The position numbers and the translations under genes were made by a program. Below are positions 11,381 to 21,666 of a stretch of DNA of 64,000 nt, piece by piece; position 1 is the first letter of the stretch, and each line of letters begins with the position of its first letter. The stretch lies in contig PTKV01000010.1 of assembly GCA_002937895.1 (NCBI GenBank), positions 833 through 64,832 on the forward strand, given 5' to 3'. The stretch comes from Alphaproteobacteria bacterium MarineAlpha5_Bin9 (GTDB taxonomy: Bacteria > Pseudomonadota > Alphaproteobacteria > HIMB59 > GCA-002718135). Below the pieces are notes generated by a model. That model was not told where the DNA came from. It saw only the letters and a list, made by a program, of their open reading frames with translations, and did no database searches.

Positions 11381-12488
11381 AATTATTATATTTATTAATT
11401 TAATAATATGTAATTCATTATATTCCAATGAAGAATTATTATTTACAATTAATAATATTCCATCAACTTCAATTGATTTAAATCAAAGGATAACCTATCT
11501 TAAAACAATAAATAACATCGACCCATCAAACATAGATAATAAAATTTTTATTAATGATTTACTTTCAATTAAATTATTTGATGAATTTGCAAAGAAAAAG
11601 AAATTTAATCCTCCTGATGATCAATTTAATAACTTTTATAAAAATAACATTAAAATTTTAGAAAAAAAATACAATTTAGAATTTACTAAAATATTAAACA
11701 TAAATGATATTTCAGAAAACATTTTTAAAAAAAATATATATTATGATTTTCAAAGAAAAAAAATAGTAGAAATTTATATAAGAGAAAAATTAGAAGAAAT
11801 AAATTCTATGAATAAATATGATATTTTGGATATATACGATTTAGAATTTACTTATATAATTAGCCCTCCTAATTTCAAAGATAAAATTTTACTAAAGAAA
11901 AATGATTTTAATAATATGGATATAAATGAAATTATTATAAATTTAGATAAAAATAAAATTTCATATGATTTATATAAAAAAAAATTAATTGAACTAAATA
12001 CAATAGATGGTGATATTAAAGAAAAAATATTAAATAATAAGAATCAGTTTGTTATTGAAAAAAATAATTATATATTAATTGGAAAAATCCAAAAAATTTT
12101 AAAAAAAGATATAGACTTAAAATTTAGTTTTTATCAAATTATTTCAAATGATAAATCAATTAATTTAAAACAACAAATGAGCTTGATAAATTGTAACAAT
12201 ATTGAAACAATAATTAAATCAAGTCAATATAAAGTTAAAATTTTTGAAAGTGTTGATGTTCAAAAACTTAATTTAAATGTTTTTTCTAATTTAAATAAAA
12301 AAAATGACATTATTGAAATAAAAACTAATGATAATGAATATTTAGTACTTTTATGTACTATTAACTATAATCAGAAACTTGCTGAAAATATAGTTTTTGA
12401 CGAGAAAATTAATAAATTAAGTAAACAAATAGAAGCTGAATTTATTAAGAATAAAAAAATTGAATATAACGTAGAAATTAACTATTAA
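11361..12488 (+). CDS. surA: SurA-like periplasmic chaperone with degenerate or no PPIase domain
   Basis: Called from its position between lptD and pdxA, a signal peptide, and a SurA N-domain-like start (LFTINNIPSTSIDLNQRITYL). The protein has no His or Trp at all, so an active parvulin domain is unlikely. Confidence 0.5.
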   Translation: MQANLSKIIIFINLIICNSLYSNEELLFTINNIPSTSIDLNQRITYLKTINNIDPSNIDNKIFINDLLSIKLFDEFAKKKKFNPPDDQFNNFYKNNIKILEKKYNLEFTKILNINDISENIFKKNIYYDFQRKKIVEIYIREKLEEINSMNKYDILDIYDLEFTYIISPPNFKDKILLKKNDFNNMDINEIIINLDKNKISYDLYKKKLIELNTIDGDIKEKILNNKNQFVIEKNNYILIGKIQKILKKDIDLKFSFYQIISNDKSINLKQQMSLINCNNIETIIKSSQYKVKIFESVDVQKLNLNVFSNLNKKNDIIEIKTNDNEYLVLLCTINYNQKLAENIVFDEKINKLSKQIEAEFIKNKKIEYNVEINY

Positions 12489-12496
12489 AGTAACAT

Positions 12497-13483
12497 ATGT
12501 CTAAACATATTCATGCAGTCACAATTGGAGACATTAATGGAATTGGAATTAAAATTTTATTAGATATATGGAAAAAAAATAATAAAATTTTAGGGAGTTT
12601 TATATTAGTAACTAATATTCAAATAATAAATAAATTTTTAAAAAAAAATAAATATAAAATTAAAATTAATAAAATCAATTATCTACAAAATATTTTAAAA
12701 ATTAAATCAAATTGTATAAATATTTATGATTTTAATACTAAGAATAATTATACTAATTCTTATGAATCATTAATTTATTCACATGAATTATGTAAAAAAA
12801 ATATTTGCTCATCAATAATAACTTTACCAGTAAACAAGGAAAAAATATCTAAATTTGTAAATAAAAAATTTGTTGGCCAAACAGAGTTTTTTCAAAAAAA
12901 AGATAATAAAGATATATCTAATATGATCTTTTACTATAAAAAAATTATTGTCACAACATTAACTAATCATATTCCCTTTAAATTAATAAATGAAAAACTA
13001 AAATACAAAAAACATATTATAAAAAAAATATTATTATTAAAAAATACTTTAAAAATAGATTTTAATATTAAATCACCTAAAATATTAATTTCTGGTCTGA
13101 ACCCACATGCTGGTGAAAATTCATTAATTGGAAAGGAAGAAAAAAAAATAATTATTCCAATAATTAAAGAACTTAGAAAAAGAAAAGTTTTGATAGACGG
13201 TCCTCATTCAGCAGATAGTTTATTTATTAAAAAAAATATAAATAAATATAATTGTTTTATATGTCTTTACCATGACCAAGCACTTATACCATTTAAACTC
13301 ATAAGTGATTTTAAGGGGGTTAATTATACAGGATCTCTTGACATTATTAGAACTTCTCCAGATCATGGTACAGCATATAAATTAAATATCAAAGACGCAA
13401 AAAAAGATAGTTTGCTTAATTCTTTTATTTTAGCAAAAAAAATTTATTTAAACAGAAAGAGATATCAAATTGCAAAAACCTAA
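12497..13483 (+). CDS. pdxA: 4-hydroxythreonine-4-phosphate dehydrogenase
   Basis: PdxA motifs GDINGIG and SGLNPHAGENSLIGKEE, plus YHDQALIPFK and RTSPDHGTA. Confidence 0.9.
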   Translation: MSKHIHAVTIGDINGIGIKILLDIWKKNNKILGSFILVTNIQIINKFLKKNKYKIKINKINYLQNILKIKSNCINIYDFNTKNNYTNSYESLIYSHELCKKNICSSIITLPVNKEKISKFVNKKFVGQTEFFQKKDNKDISNMIFYYKKIIVTTLTNHIPFKLINEKLKYKKHIIKKILLLKNTLKIDFNIKSPKILISGLNPHAGENSLIGKEEKKIIIPIIKELRKRKVLIDGPHSADSLFIKKNINKYNCFICLYHDQALIPFKLISDFKGVNYTGSLDIIRTSPDHGTAYKLNIKDAKKDSLLNSFILAKKIYLNRKRYQIAKT

Positions 13484-14240
13484 AAAATCATTAGGTCAAA
13501 ATTTTCTTATTGATAAAAATATTTCAAATAAAATAGTTAATTCATCATCAAACATTAAAAAAAATAATGTTATAGAAATAGGCCCTGGAAATGGAGCTTT
13601 AACAGATTTTATAATAAGTAAAAAACCAACAAAACTTATACTTATTGAAAAAGATAAATATTTATTTTTAAATTTAAAAAATAAATATAAAAATTTTAAA
13701 TTTGTGAAAATATATAATTGTGATGCATTAAAATTTAATTATAATAAAATTAGTAAACCTAAAACAATTATTTCAAATTTACCCTATAATGTTAGTATAA
13801 AATTAATTGTAAACTGGATAAAAGAAATTAAAGATTATTCAGAAATAATATGCATGATTCAAAAAGAAGTAGCTAATAAATTAAATTATAAATTACAAAA
13901 AAAAAATAGATTAAATACTCTAACAGATCTACTTACAAATTATGAAATATTATTTAATGTATCAAATAATGTATTTTATCCAAAACCTAAAATACAATCT
14001 TCTGTTATTAAGTTAACATATAAAAAAAATTTAATTAAAAACTTTGATAAATTGGAAATATTTACAAGAATTTTATTCCAAAAGAAAAGAAAAAAAATTA
14101 TGAATGTATTACCTAAAAACATAATAGAAGAAATTAAAAAAAGTCAAAAATTAAAATATGATAAATTAATTAATTTAAGAGCAGAAGATTTAAATATTAA
14201 TGAGATAAAAATAATCTTTAAAATTTTTTCCAGAATCTAA
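13470..14240 (+). CDS. rsmA: 16S rRNA (adenine1518/1519-N6)-dimethyltransferase
   Basis: KSLGQNFLIDKNI and SAM-binding motif IEIGPGNGALT. TTG start overlapping the pdxA 3' end by 14 nt. Confidence 0.9.
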   Translation: MQKPKKSLGQNFLIDKNISNKIVNSSSNIKKNNVIEIGPGNGALTDFIISKKPTKLILIEKDKYLFLNLKNKYKNFKFVKIYNCDALKFNYNKISKPKTIISNLPYNVSIKLIVNWIKEIKDYSEIICMIQKEVANKLNYKLQKKNRLNTLTDLLTNYEILFNVSNNVFYPKPKIQSSVIKLTYKKNLIKNFDKLEIFTRILFQKKRKKIMNVLPKNIIEEIKKSQKLKYDKLINLRAEDLNINEIKIIFKIFSRI

Positions 14241-14826
14241 GATCTTTATTTAAAGATGATATAAACTCCTCATGTTTAATAATTTTAATTATATTATTAA
14301 TAGTTAGATTAATTTTATCATTTATAATTAAATATTTATATTCATTTAAATGTTTAATTTCTTTAACAGCCAATGAAAGTCTTTTTTTAATTTCTAATTT
14401 ATTTTCTCTTGCTCTTTTAATAAGTCTATTTTTTAATTCCTTTTTATTGGGTGGTAATATAAAGAAATCAATTATATCAGTTTTATTAAATTTTTTTCTT
14501 AATTTAGTGGCTCCTTGCCAATCTATATCAAATAAAATGTGTTCATTATTAGTTATAATCTTACTTACTCTTCCATAGGGAGAGCCATAATAGTAACCGA
14601 ATACTTTTGCTGATTCTATAAAATAGTTTTTCTTTTTTAAATAATTAAATTTTTTTTGTGATACAAAATGATAATCAATTCCATTTCTTTCTCCTACTCT
14701 TTTTGGTCTTGTAGTATAAGAAATAGATAATTTAATATTTCTTTTTAATTTTAATATTCTTTTACAAATAGTTGTTTTTCCCGCACCAGAAGGTGATGAT
14801 ATAATAATTATTTTTCCTTTATTCAC
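14218..14826 (-). CDS. gmk: Guanylate kinase
   Basis: P-loop SSPSGAGKTT and GMP-binding region TTRPKRVGERNGIDYHFVS. Confidence 0.9.
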   Translation of the reverse strand: MNKGKIIIISSPSGAGKTTICKRILKLKRNIKLSISYTTRPKRVGERNGIDYHFVSQKKFNYLKKKNYFIESAKVFGYYYGSPYGRVSKIITNNEHILFDIDWQGATKLRKKFNKTDIIDFFILPPNKKELKNRLIKRARENKLEIKKRLSLAVKEIKHLNEYKYLIINDKINLTINNIIKIIKHEEFISSLNKDLRFWKKF

Positions 14827-15796
14827 TTGTCCTATATTCTCTTAACTTTTTTTTATGTTCATCAAATGTTTTAGTAAAAATATGTTCACCTATTTTTTCA
14901 TTATAAAAATAAAATAAATAATCACTTTTATAATTTTCTAAAACTATTTCAATTGTTTTTCTACTAACAAAACATATAGGATTTGGCGGTAATCCTTTAA
15001 TATAATAAGTATTATATTCATCTACAATTTTTAAATCAGAATAATTTAATTTTCTTTCTAATTTATACTTCCCTTTAGTAATTGCATAAATAGTTGTTGC
15101 ATCTATTTCTAATTTCATTTTTTTATCCAATCTATTTAAAATTACTGAAGAAATTAGCCTTTTATCTTTATCTGTTTTTCCTTCTTTTTCTACTAATGAT
15201 GCAATAATTAATATTTCTTTTTGACTATACTTTTTTAATAAAATATTGTTGTTTTTATTTTCAAAATAATTTTCTTTATATTTTTTCATTAAATTCTTTA
15301 ATTTTAAAAAATCATCATTTAAGAAATAATTATATGTGTCTGCCAAAATTAAATTATAATCAATTTGATAGTCTTTTTTAAATTCTTCAAATATATATTG
15401 TTTTATTTGATATTGTTGCCAACCACCTATAATTGTAAAATTTCTATAATAATTACTTTTATTTGAAATAATTTTTGTTATTTCATGAAAATTTATGCTA
15501 CTTTTAAGTTGGTATTCACCATATTTTATTGATTTGAAGTAATGGTCATAAAATATTAAATAAAAATAATAAATTTTTTTATTAAATTCACTCTCATAAG
15601 GCATAATATTATCAATAATTAAACTTAAATTGGATCCTTTATCTACTATGACTATTCTTTCGTTTTCTAGAATTGTTTTGTGGAATATAGTATGAATTAA
15701 ATAGAAAGAAAATAATCCTATAATTATAATAAAAAATTTAAATAATTTAATCAAAAGATTTAAATATAACTGAAGTATTTGTTCCTCCAAAACCAA
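14819..15796 (-). CDS. mltG: Endolytic murein transglycosylase MltG (YceG family)
   Basis: N-terminal TM anchor, then YceG motifs IIASLVEKEGK and YNTYYIKGLPPNPI. The tracked TTG start overlaps fabF by 50 nt; an in-frame TTG at 15754 is an alternative, so the 5' end is uncertain. Confidence 0.8.
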   Translation of the reverse strand: MVLEEQILQLYLNLLIKLFKFFIIIIGLFSFYLIHTIFHKTILENERIVIVDKGSNLSLIIDNIMPYESEFNKKIYYFYLIFYDHYFKSIKYGEYQLKSSINFHEITKIISNKSNYYRNFTIIGGWQQYQIKQYIFEEFKKDYQIDYNLILADTYNYFLNDDFLKLKNLMKKYKENYFENKNNNILLKKYSQKEILIIASLVEKEGKTDKDKRLISSVILNRLDKKMKLEIDATTIYAITKGKYKLERKLNYSDLKIVDEYNTYYIKGLPPNPICFVSRKTIEIVLENYKSDYLFYFYNEKIGEHIFTKTFDEHKKKLREYRTSE

Positions 15797-17006
15797 AGGA
15801 ATTACTTAAAGCTATTTTAGTATTATGTTCTTTGGGTTTATGAGGTACTAAATCTAAATTATAACTATTAGAAGGGTTATGTAAATTCAAAGTAGCAGGA
15901 ACAATATTATTTTTAATAGATAAAATACTAAAAACAGCTTCAACACTTCCAGCAGCTCCCAAAAGATGTCCTATCGATGATTTAGTAGAACTTATTTTAA
16001 TTTTCTTATTTTCATCTATTAATTTTTTGATTGCATTTAATTCTATATCATCACCCAATTGTGTAGAAGTGCCATGAGCATTAATGTAATCTATCTGATC
16101 TGAGGATATAGAAGCCATTTTTAATGCAGATTTCATTGCTCTTAGGCCTCCTGATCCATCCTCAGAGGGTGAAGTAATATGAAAAGCATCGCCTGACATT
16201 CCGTAACCTACAACTTCTGCCAAAATTTCAGCTCCTCTTTTTTTTGCATGTTCCAACTCTTCTAAAACTAATACCCCTCCTCCTTCTCCCATAACAAATC
16301 CATCTCTATCTCTATCCCAAGGTCTTGAGGCTTCTTGAGGTAAGTTATTAAAATTAGTAGATAAACTTCTTGCTGCACAAAATCCTGCCAAACCTAATCT
16401 GCATACAGCTGCTTCTGCGCCTCCTGAAATCATCACATTAGCAACACCTCTTTTTATAATTTCAGAAGCATCACCTATAGAATGAGATCCCGTTGCACAA
16501 GCTGTTACTACAGAATGATTTGGACCTTTAAAATTATATTTTATTGATATTTGACCTGAGAGTAAGTTAATAAGTGAAGCAGGTACAAAAAATGGAGAAA
16601 TTTTTCTTGGTCCTCTATTATCAAGAATATTTGAATTGTTATAAATAGTTTCAAGACCTCCTATTCCAGATCCAACTGAAACACCAATCATATCTCTACT
16701 TTCATCATTAAGATTAAGAATTCCGGATTGATCTATTGCTTCTTTAGCAGCTATAAGGCCATAAAGAATAAATCTATCATTTCTTTTTATTTCTTTATTT
16801 TCAAAAAATTTATTTAAATCAAAATATATTTTATCAGCAGGGTCATGACTTAAGTATCCTGCTATTTTACAAGATAAATCACTAGTTTCAAAATTTACAA
16901 TTTTTTTAATACCTGATTTACAAGCTAGTAAGTTTTCCCATGTATCTTTTACATTGTTGCCAATAGAAGTCACCAGACCCATCCCAGTGACAACAACTCT
17001 TCTCAT
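15747..17006 (-). CDS. fabF: 3-oxoacyl-ACP synthase II
   Basis: Active-site Cys (ACATGSHSIG) and His motifs (NAHGTSTQLGD, GHLLGAAG). I moved the start to the ATG at 17006 (MRRVVVTGMG); the tracked extension would overlap acpP. Confidence 0.95.
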   Translation of the reverse strand: MRRVVVTGMGLVTSIGNNVKDTWENLLACKSGIKKIVNFETSDLSCKIAGYLSHDPADKIYFDLNKFFENKEIKRNDRFILYGLIAAKEAIDQSGILNLNDESRDMIGVSVGSGIGGLETIYNNSNILDNRGPRKISPFFVPASLINLLSGQISIKYNFKGPNHSVVTACATGSHSIGDASEIIKRGVANVMISGGAEAAVCRLGLAGFCAARSLSTNFNNLPQEASRPWDRDRDGFVMGEGGGVLVLEELEHAKKRGAEILAEVVGYGMSGDAFHITSPSEDGSGGLRAMKSALKMASISSDQIDYINAHGTSTQLGDDIELNAIKKLIDENKKIKISSTKSSIGHLLGAAGSVEAVFSILSIKNNIVPATLNLHNPSNSYNLDLVPHKPKEHNTKIALSNSFGFGGTNTSVIFKSFD

Positions 17007-17013
17007 TTTAAAA

Positions 17014-17247
17014 TTATTTTTTATTTTCAATAAAAGTTATAGCATCTTGAACAGTTTTTATCGTTTCAGCAGCATCATCAGGAATTTCAATATTAAATTT
17101 TTCCTCAAAAGCCATAACTAATTCAACAGTATCTAAACTATCCGCACCCAAATCATCAATAAATTTCGATTCTGGCTTAACTTTGGATCCATCAATACCT
17201 AAATGGTCTATTATTATTTGCTTAACTTGTTCCTCTATTTCACTCAT
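17014..17247 (-). CDS. acpP: Acyl carrier protein
   Basis: 77 aa with the phosphopantetheine site [12 protein letters not shown]. An AGGAG Shine-Dalgarno sits 7 nt upstream. Confidence 0.97.
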   Translation of the reverse strand: MSEIEEQVKQIIIDHLGIDGSKVKPESKFIDDLGADSLDTVELVMAFEEKFNIEIPDDAAETIKTVQDAITFIENKK

Positions 17248-17287
17248 ATTTTCTCCTATTTTAAAAACTTACTAGCATAAAATATAA

Positions 17288-17317
17288 TTAATAAATTATT
17301 TTAAAAGATTATGTCAA
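17288..17317 (-). promoter_or_regulatory. Candidate sigma70-type promoter for acpP
   Basis: On the minus strand there is a perfect -35 TTGACA (17317..17312) directly after the fabG stop. An 18-nt spacer follows, then TATTAA (17293..17288), about 40 nt upstream of the acpP ATG. By my rough estimate, TTGACA has about a 2% chance of occurring in a 71-nt spacer of this composition. Confidence 0.4.
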
Positions 17318-17318
17318 C

Positions 17319-18059
17319 CTAAACCATTAACATACCCCCATTTACATGAAAAGTTTGACCTGTAATATATTGGGCATTTTCAGTTGATAGAAATAAAGCT
17401 AATGAAGAAATATCTTCGACTGAACCAAGTTTTTTCATAGGTATTCTATTTAAAATTGCTTCTACCTGTTGTTCATTAAGTTTTTTAGTCATTGAAGTTT
17501 TTATAAATCCAGGTGCTATTATATTAATTCTAATATTTCTTTGAGCTACTTCTAAAGCAATTGACTTATACATTGAAATTAATCCTCCTTTAGAAGCAGT
17601 ATAATTTGACTGACCTGGATTGCCTGAAAGTGCTACTACTGATGAAATTCCAATTATACAACCTTTTTTATTTTTAATCATAGATGGCAATATTGATTTA
17701 ATAATATAAAAATTTGAATTCAAATTTATGTTTATTACTTCTTGCCACTGATCTGAATTCATTCTCAGTAATAAATTGTCTTTTGTAGTTCCAGCATTAT
17801 TAATTAGAATATCAATATCATTATGATCAACAGATATTTTTTTCAAAACTTTAGAAGTTTCAGAAGTGTTGGATAAATCAATTTTATAATAGAAATGATT
17901 GGATCCATATATTTTTTTTAATTCCTCTATTTTAATTTCATTAGATGAAGTGCAAATTAAAGTACAACCATTATTAACAAATTTATCACAAAGAGATTTA
18001 CCTATACCACCTGAGGCACCTGTTATAAGAACTTTTTTATTTTGTAAATTATAATTCAT
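17319..18059 (-). CDS. fabG: 3-oxoacyl-ACP reductase
   Basis: SDR: cofactor motif TGASGGIGK and catalytic YTASKGG. Sits in the fabD-fabG-acpP-fabF order. Confidence 0.93.
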   Translation of the reverse strand: MNYNLQNKKVLITGASGGIGKSLCDKFVNNGCTLICTSSNEIKIEELKKIYGSNHFYYKIDLSNTSETSKVLKKISVDHNDIDILINNAGTTKDNLLLRMNSDQWQEVININLNSNFYIIKSILPSMIKNKKGCIIGISSVVALSGNPGQSNYTASKGGLISMYKSIALEVAQRNIRINIIAPGFIKTSMTKKLNEQQVEAILNRIPMKKLGSVEDISSLALFLSTENAQYITGQTFHVNGGMLMV

Positions 18060-18978
18060 TCTCTATTATATTTATATCTTTTAAATCATTTAAGTTAAAG
18101 AGTTTAAAATCTTTTGATATTCTTTTTATAATTCCCGTAAGGACTTTTCCAGGTCCAATTTCAATGATTTTATCTACTTTATTATTTTCCAGAAATTTAA
18201 TACTATCTAACCACTTAACTTTATTAGAAATTTGCTTTGATAAATTAGTAAATAATAAATCTTTATTTTCTGACACATTGCCAGAATAGTTTGATATAAT
18301 AGAGTAGATTGGATCATGAAATTTAATTTGTTTAAGAGATTCTAACATTTCATTTTCAGCAATATTCATTAAAGATGAATGAAAAGCAGATGATACATTC
18401 AGATATACTATTTTCTTTGCTCCTTTTTTAGATAAAATATTTTCAATTTTTTTAATTTCATTTAATTTGCCAGATATTACTACTTGGCCAGGAGCATTAT
18501 CATTAGCTACATTTACACTTGAATTTTCTAATCTTAATATTTCTTCAACTTTGTCACAATTCATTCCAATTATAGCAGCCATTCCTGATTGATTAGTTGG
18601 ATCAGCATTCTGCATTAATCTCCCTCTAATTTTTAATAATTTAGAACATTCATCAATTTTAAAAACTTCTGATGCAGCAAAAGCACTATATTCACCAAGA
18701 GAGTGACCCAAAACATATTTTATTTTTAAGTTATTTTTTTTAATAAAATTTTCATTAAAAAATTGAAAAATCATCATTGAAACTGAAAAAATTGAAATTT
18801 GAGTATATTCTGTTAAATTCAATTTATCGTTTTCTTCAAATATTATTTTTTTCAAATTCAGATCTACAGCATCTTCAATTAATTGTAAAATTTCCTTGGA
18901 TACAAGAAAATTATCATAAAATTCTTTTCCCATCCTTATAAATTGGCTTCCTTGGCCTGGAAATACAATACTTATCAT
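18049..18978 (-). CDS. fabD: Malonyl-CoA:ACP transacylase
   Basis: FPGQGSQ N-terminus and active-site GHSLGEYSA. Confidence 0.93.
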   Translation of the reverse strand: MISIVFPGQGSQFIRMGKEFYDNFLVSKEILQLIEDAVDLNLKKIIFEENDKLNLTEYTQISIFSVSMMIFQFFNENFIKKNNLKIKYVLGHSLGEYSAFAASEVFKIDECSKLLKIRGRLMQNADPTNQSGMAAIIGMNCDKVEEILRLENSSVNVANDNAPGQVVISGKLNEIKKIENILSKKGAKKIVYLNVSSAFHSSLMNIAENEMLESLKQIKFHDPIYSIISNYSGNVSENKDLLFTNLSKQISNKVKWLDSIKFLENNKVDKIIEIGPGKVLTGIIKRISKDFKLFNLNDLKDINIIENEL

Positions 18979-19064
18979 TTTTTTGTTGATTTATCTTAAA
19001 TTCTGAATATTAACACCACTTACTTCTCTCGAAAATAGATATTTTGAGAAAAACCAAGGAGTTT

Positions 19065-19394
19065 ATGAATAATTTTGAAGCAACATTACTAATTTCACCT
19101 GATTCTTCTACGAATATCATTCAAAATGTTCAAGATTCATTTTTAAAAAATATTGAAAATCATGGTGGCAAAATAGATGGAAAAGAAGATTGGGGATTAA
19201 GAAATTTAGCTTATAAAATAAAACAGTTTAACAAAGCTTTTTATTTATTTTACCAAATAAGTATTGAGGGTGAAAAAATAAAAGATGTTAAAAAAAATTT
19301 AACTTTAAATGAAAAGATTATAAGACATTTAATTGTTAAAGTTAAAAACCATGAAGAATTGCCAACAGAAATTATGAAAAAGAATCAAGAATAA
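19065..19394 (+). CDS. rpsF: 30S ribosomal protein S6
   Basis: S6-like sequence ([11 protein letters not shown]...[10 protein letters not shown]). I set the start at ATG 19065, preceded by AAGGAG; the tracked TTG extension at 19044 is unlikely. Confidence 0.9.
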   Translation: MNNFEATLLISPDSSTNIIQNVQDSFLKNIENHGGKIDGKEDWGLRNLAYKIKQFNKAFYLFYQISIEGEKIKDVKKNLTLNEKIIRHLIVKVKNHEELPTEIMKKNQE

Positions 19395-19630
19395 TGAAAG
19401 AAAATTTATTATTTGTTAATAGAAAAAAATTTTGCCCATTTAGTGTAAAAAATGCTCCAAAAATTGATTACAAAAATGTAAAAACTTTATCAAGATATAT
19501 AACAGATAAAGGAAAAATAATGCCAAGTAGAATTACAAATGTTTCTAATAATAAACAAAAAGAACTTTCAATAGCTATAAAAAGAGCGAGGTTTTTAGCT
19601 TTATTATCCTATACAAAAAGAATTAGATGA
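19394..19630 (+). CDS. rpsR: 30S ribosomal protein S18
   Basis: Typical S18 core ([25 protein letters not shown]...KRARFLALL). TAATG overlap with rpsF. Confidence 0.95.
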   Translation: MKENLLFVNRKKFCPFSVKNAPKIDYKNVKTLSRYITDKGKIMPSRITNVSNNKQKELSIAIKRARFLALLSYTKRIR

Positions 19631-20076
19631 AAATAATTTTAACTTCAAACATAAAAAAATTAGGTAAAATTGGTGATCAAGTAACTGTCAAAGACGGTTT
19701 TGCAAGAAACTATTTGTTTCCTCAAAAGAAAGCTCTTAGAAATAACAAAAGGAATCTAGAATATTTTGAAAAATTAAAGGAAGAAATTGAAAAAAAAGAA
19801 CAAATTGAGAAAAAGAAAGCTGAAGAAAATTTAGCTAAATTAGATAATATCAAAATACAATTTGATAAAGAAAGTGATGAAAAAGATCAACTTTATGGAT
19901 CAGTTACTATAAAAGAAATATATAATTTTTTAATTAATAAAGATATTAACATTAAAATTGATGATATTGGTGTTAAAGAGCCAATCAAAACAGTTGGTGA
20001 GCATCTAATAACTATAAATCCTTATGATAATTTAAGTAAAGAAGTCAAAATTTATATAAATAAAATTCAAAAATAA
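19627..20076 (+). CDS. rplI: 50S ribosomal protein L9
   Basis: L9 N-terminal domain [40 protein letters not shown] overlap with rpsR. Confidence 0.95.
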   Translation: MKIILTSNIKKLGKIGDQVTVKDGFARNYLFPQKKALRNNKRNLEYFEKLKEEIEKKEQIEKKKAEENLAKLDNIKIQFDKESDEKDQLYGSVTIKEIYNFLINKDINIKIDDIGVKEPIKTVGEHLITINPYDNLSKEVKIYINKIQK

Positions 20077-20166
20077 TAATACAGTTATTCACCCTTTACA
20101 TTTATTATTAACTACTTATTTTTAAGATTAATTGAGAATAATCATTTTCTTCTATAAAAGAAATGA

Positions 20167-21666
20167 ATGTCAATACTAGCAGTGCAAAACAATGACAAAA
20201 ACCAAATAGATAATTTAGAAAAATTAACTAATGTTGATGCAGAAATTGCTGTAATTGGTTGTTTGCTATGGGATAATAGATCGTTTGAAAAAATAGCTGA
20301 TTTTCTTGATGAAATTCATTTTTCGGATGAAAATAATAGGGAAATATTTAGAGTTATAAAAAACTTATTAAATAAAAATATTTTAGTAACCCCTATTACT
20401 CTGAAAAATCATCTCCAAAATAATAATTTTAAAGATATTGATATATTAGCTTATTTAAATCAAATAAAAGAAACTGCACCTTCAAGTTATAATACTGAGC
20501 AATTTGCTCAAATTTTATATGATTTACATATAAAAAGATCGTTAATTTCAATAGGAAATGAAATAATTAATAAATCTATAAATAATCAAGAGTCAGAAGA
20601 TGGCAAAACTTTAATAGAAGAAGCTGAAAACAATCTTTACAATTTATCACAAATTGGAAATATTGATAGAAAGCATTTATCATTCAAAGATGCTCTTAAA
20701 AATGCTGTAAATATTATTGACAATGCTTTTAAGCGAGAAGGAAAAATTGCAGGCTTACCAACTGGACTTATGGATCTCGATAAAAAATTAGGTGGACTTC
20801 ATAAGTCTGATTTAATAATAATAGCAGGAAGACCATCCATGGGGAAAACTGCTCTGGGTACTAATATAGCTTTTAATGTTGCTTCAAGTAAATCAGAAAA
20901 TGATCTAGAAAATAATAAAAATGCAGAAAAATATAAAGTTGCTTTTTTTTCGCTTGAGATGTCATCAGAACAACTTGCCACTAGAATTTTAGCTGAACAA
21001 ACAAAAATATCCAGTGATAAAATGAGAAAAGGTGACATTCTTCAAACCGATTGGAAAAAAATAGTAGAAATTAGTTCTGAATTAGAAGAACTTAGTTTAT
21101 TTATTGATGATAATCCAATACTTACTATTCCATCGTTAAGAGCTAGAGCTAGAAGGTTAAATAGATTATATGGAATTGATTTAATTATAATTGATTACTT
21201 ACAATTAATGTCTGGATCTAATAATAATAGAAATGATGGAAGAGTACAAGAAATTTCAGAAATAACGAGAGGATTAAAAGCTATAGCAAAAGAAATTAAT
21301 ATTCCAATAATTGCTCTATCTCAATTATCAAGGCAGGTTGAACAAAGAGAAGATAAAAAACCTCAACTTTCAGACCTAAGAGAAAGTGGAACTATTGAGC
21401 AAGATGCAGATGTTGTTATGTTCATATTTAGAGAAAGTTATTATCTAGAAAGAAAAGAACCAATGCAAAAACCTGATGAAACAGATGAAAAATATAGAGA
21501 GAATCATGAAAGATGGAAAAGTTTATGTGATGAAAAACATAATTTAGCAGAACTTATAATTGCTAAACAAAGGCATGGACCTATAGGGACAATTAATACT
21601 CATTTTGACGGGAATTATACAAAATTCAGCAATTTATCTAATAAATATGATAATTTGATTGAATGA
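20167..21666 (+). CDS. dnaB: Replicative DNA helicase
   Basis: DnaB N-domain (NVDAEIAVIGCLL), Walker A GRPSMGKTA, and the IIDYLQLM and SQLSRQVEQR motifs. Confidence 0.95.
   Translation: MSILAVQNNDKNQIDNLEKLTNVDAEIAVIGCLLWDNRSFEKIADFLDEIHFSDENNREIFRVIKNLLNKNILVTPITLKNHLQNNNFKDIDILAYLNQIKETAPSSYNTEQFAQILYDLHIKRSLISIGNEIINKSINNQESEDGKTLIEEAENNLYNLSQIGNIDRKHLSFKDALKNAVNIIDNAFKREGKIAGLPTGLMDLDKKLGGLHKSDLIIIAGRPSMGKTALGTNIAFNVASSKSENDLENNKNAEKYKVAFFSLEMSSEQLATRILAEQTKISSDKMRKGDILQTDWKKIVEISSELEELSLFIDDNPILTIPSLRARARRLNRLYGIDLIIIDYLQLMSGSNNNRNDGRVQEISEITRGLKAIAKEINIPIIALSQLSRQVEQREDKKPQLSDLRESGTIEQDADVVMFIFRESYYLERKEPMQKPDETDEKYRENHERWKSLCDEKHNLAELIIAKQRHGPIGTINTHFDGNYTKFSNLSNKYDNLIE

Noticed and set aside
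7060-14240. The contiguous lptF-lptG-lptD-surA-pdxA-rsmA array, which merges two loci that are separate in E. coli, considered as a possible novel super-operon.
   Set aside because: To my knowledge this arrangement, divergent from pepA, is the usual one in alphaproteobacteria. It is conserved synteny rather than a new system.
20085-20093. DnaA-box-like TTATTCACC (8/9 match to TTATNCACA) in the 90-nt spacer upstream of dnaB.
   Set aside because: It is a single imperfect copy with no cluster of boxes, no AT-rich unwinding repeats distinguishable from background, and no replication-origin gene context (dnaA, dnaN, hemE, parAB). This is insufficient to call a regulatory site or an origin.
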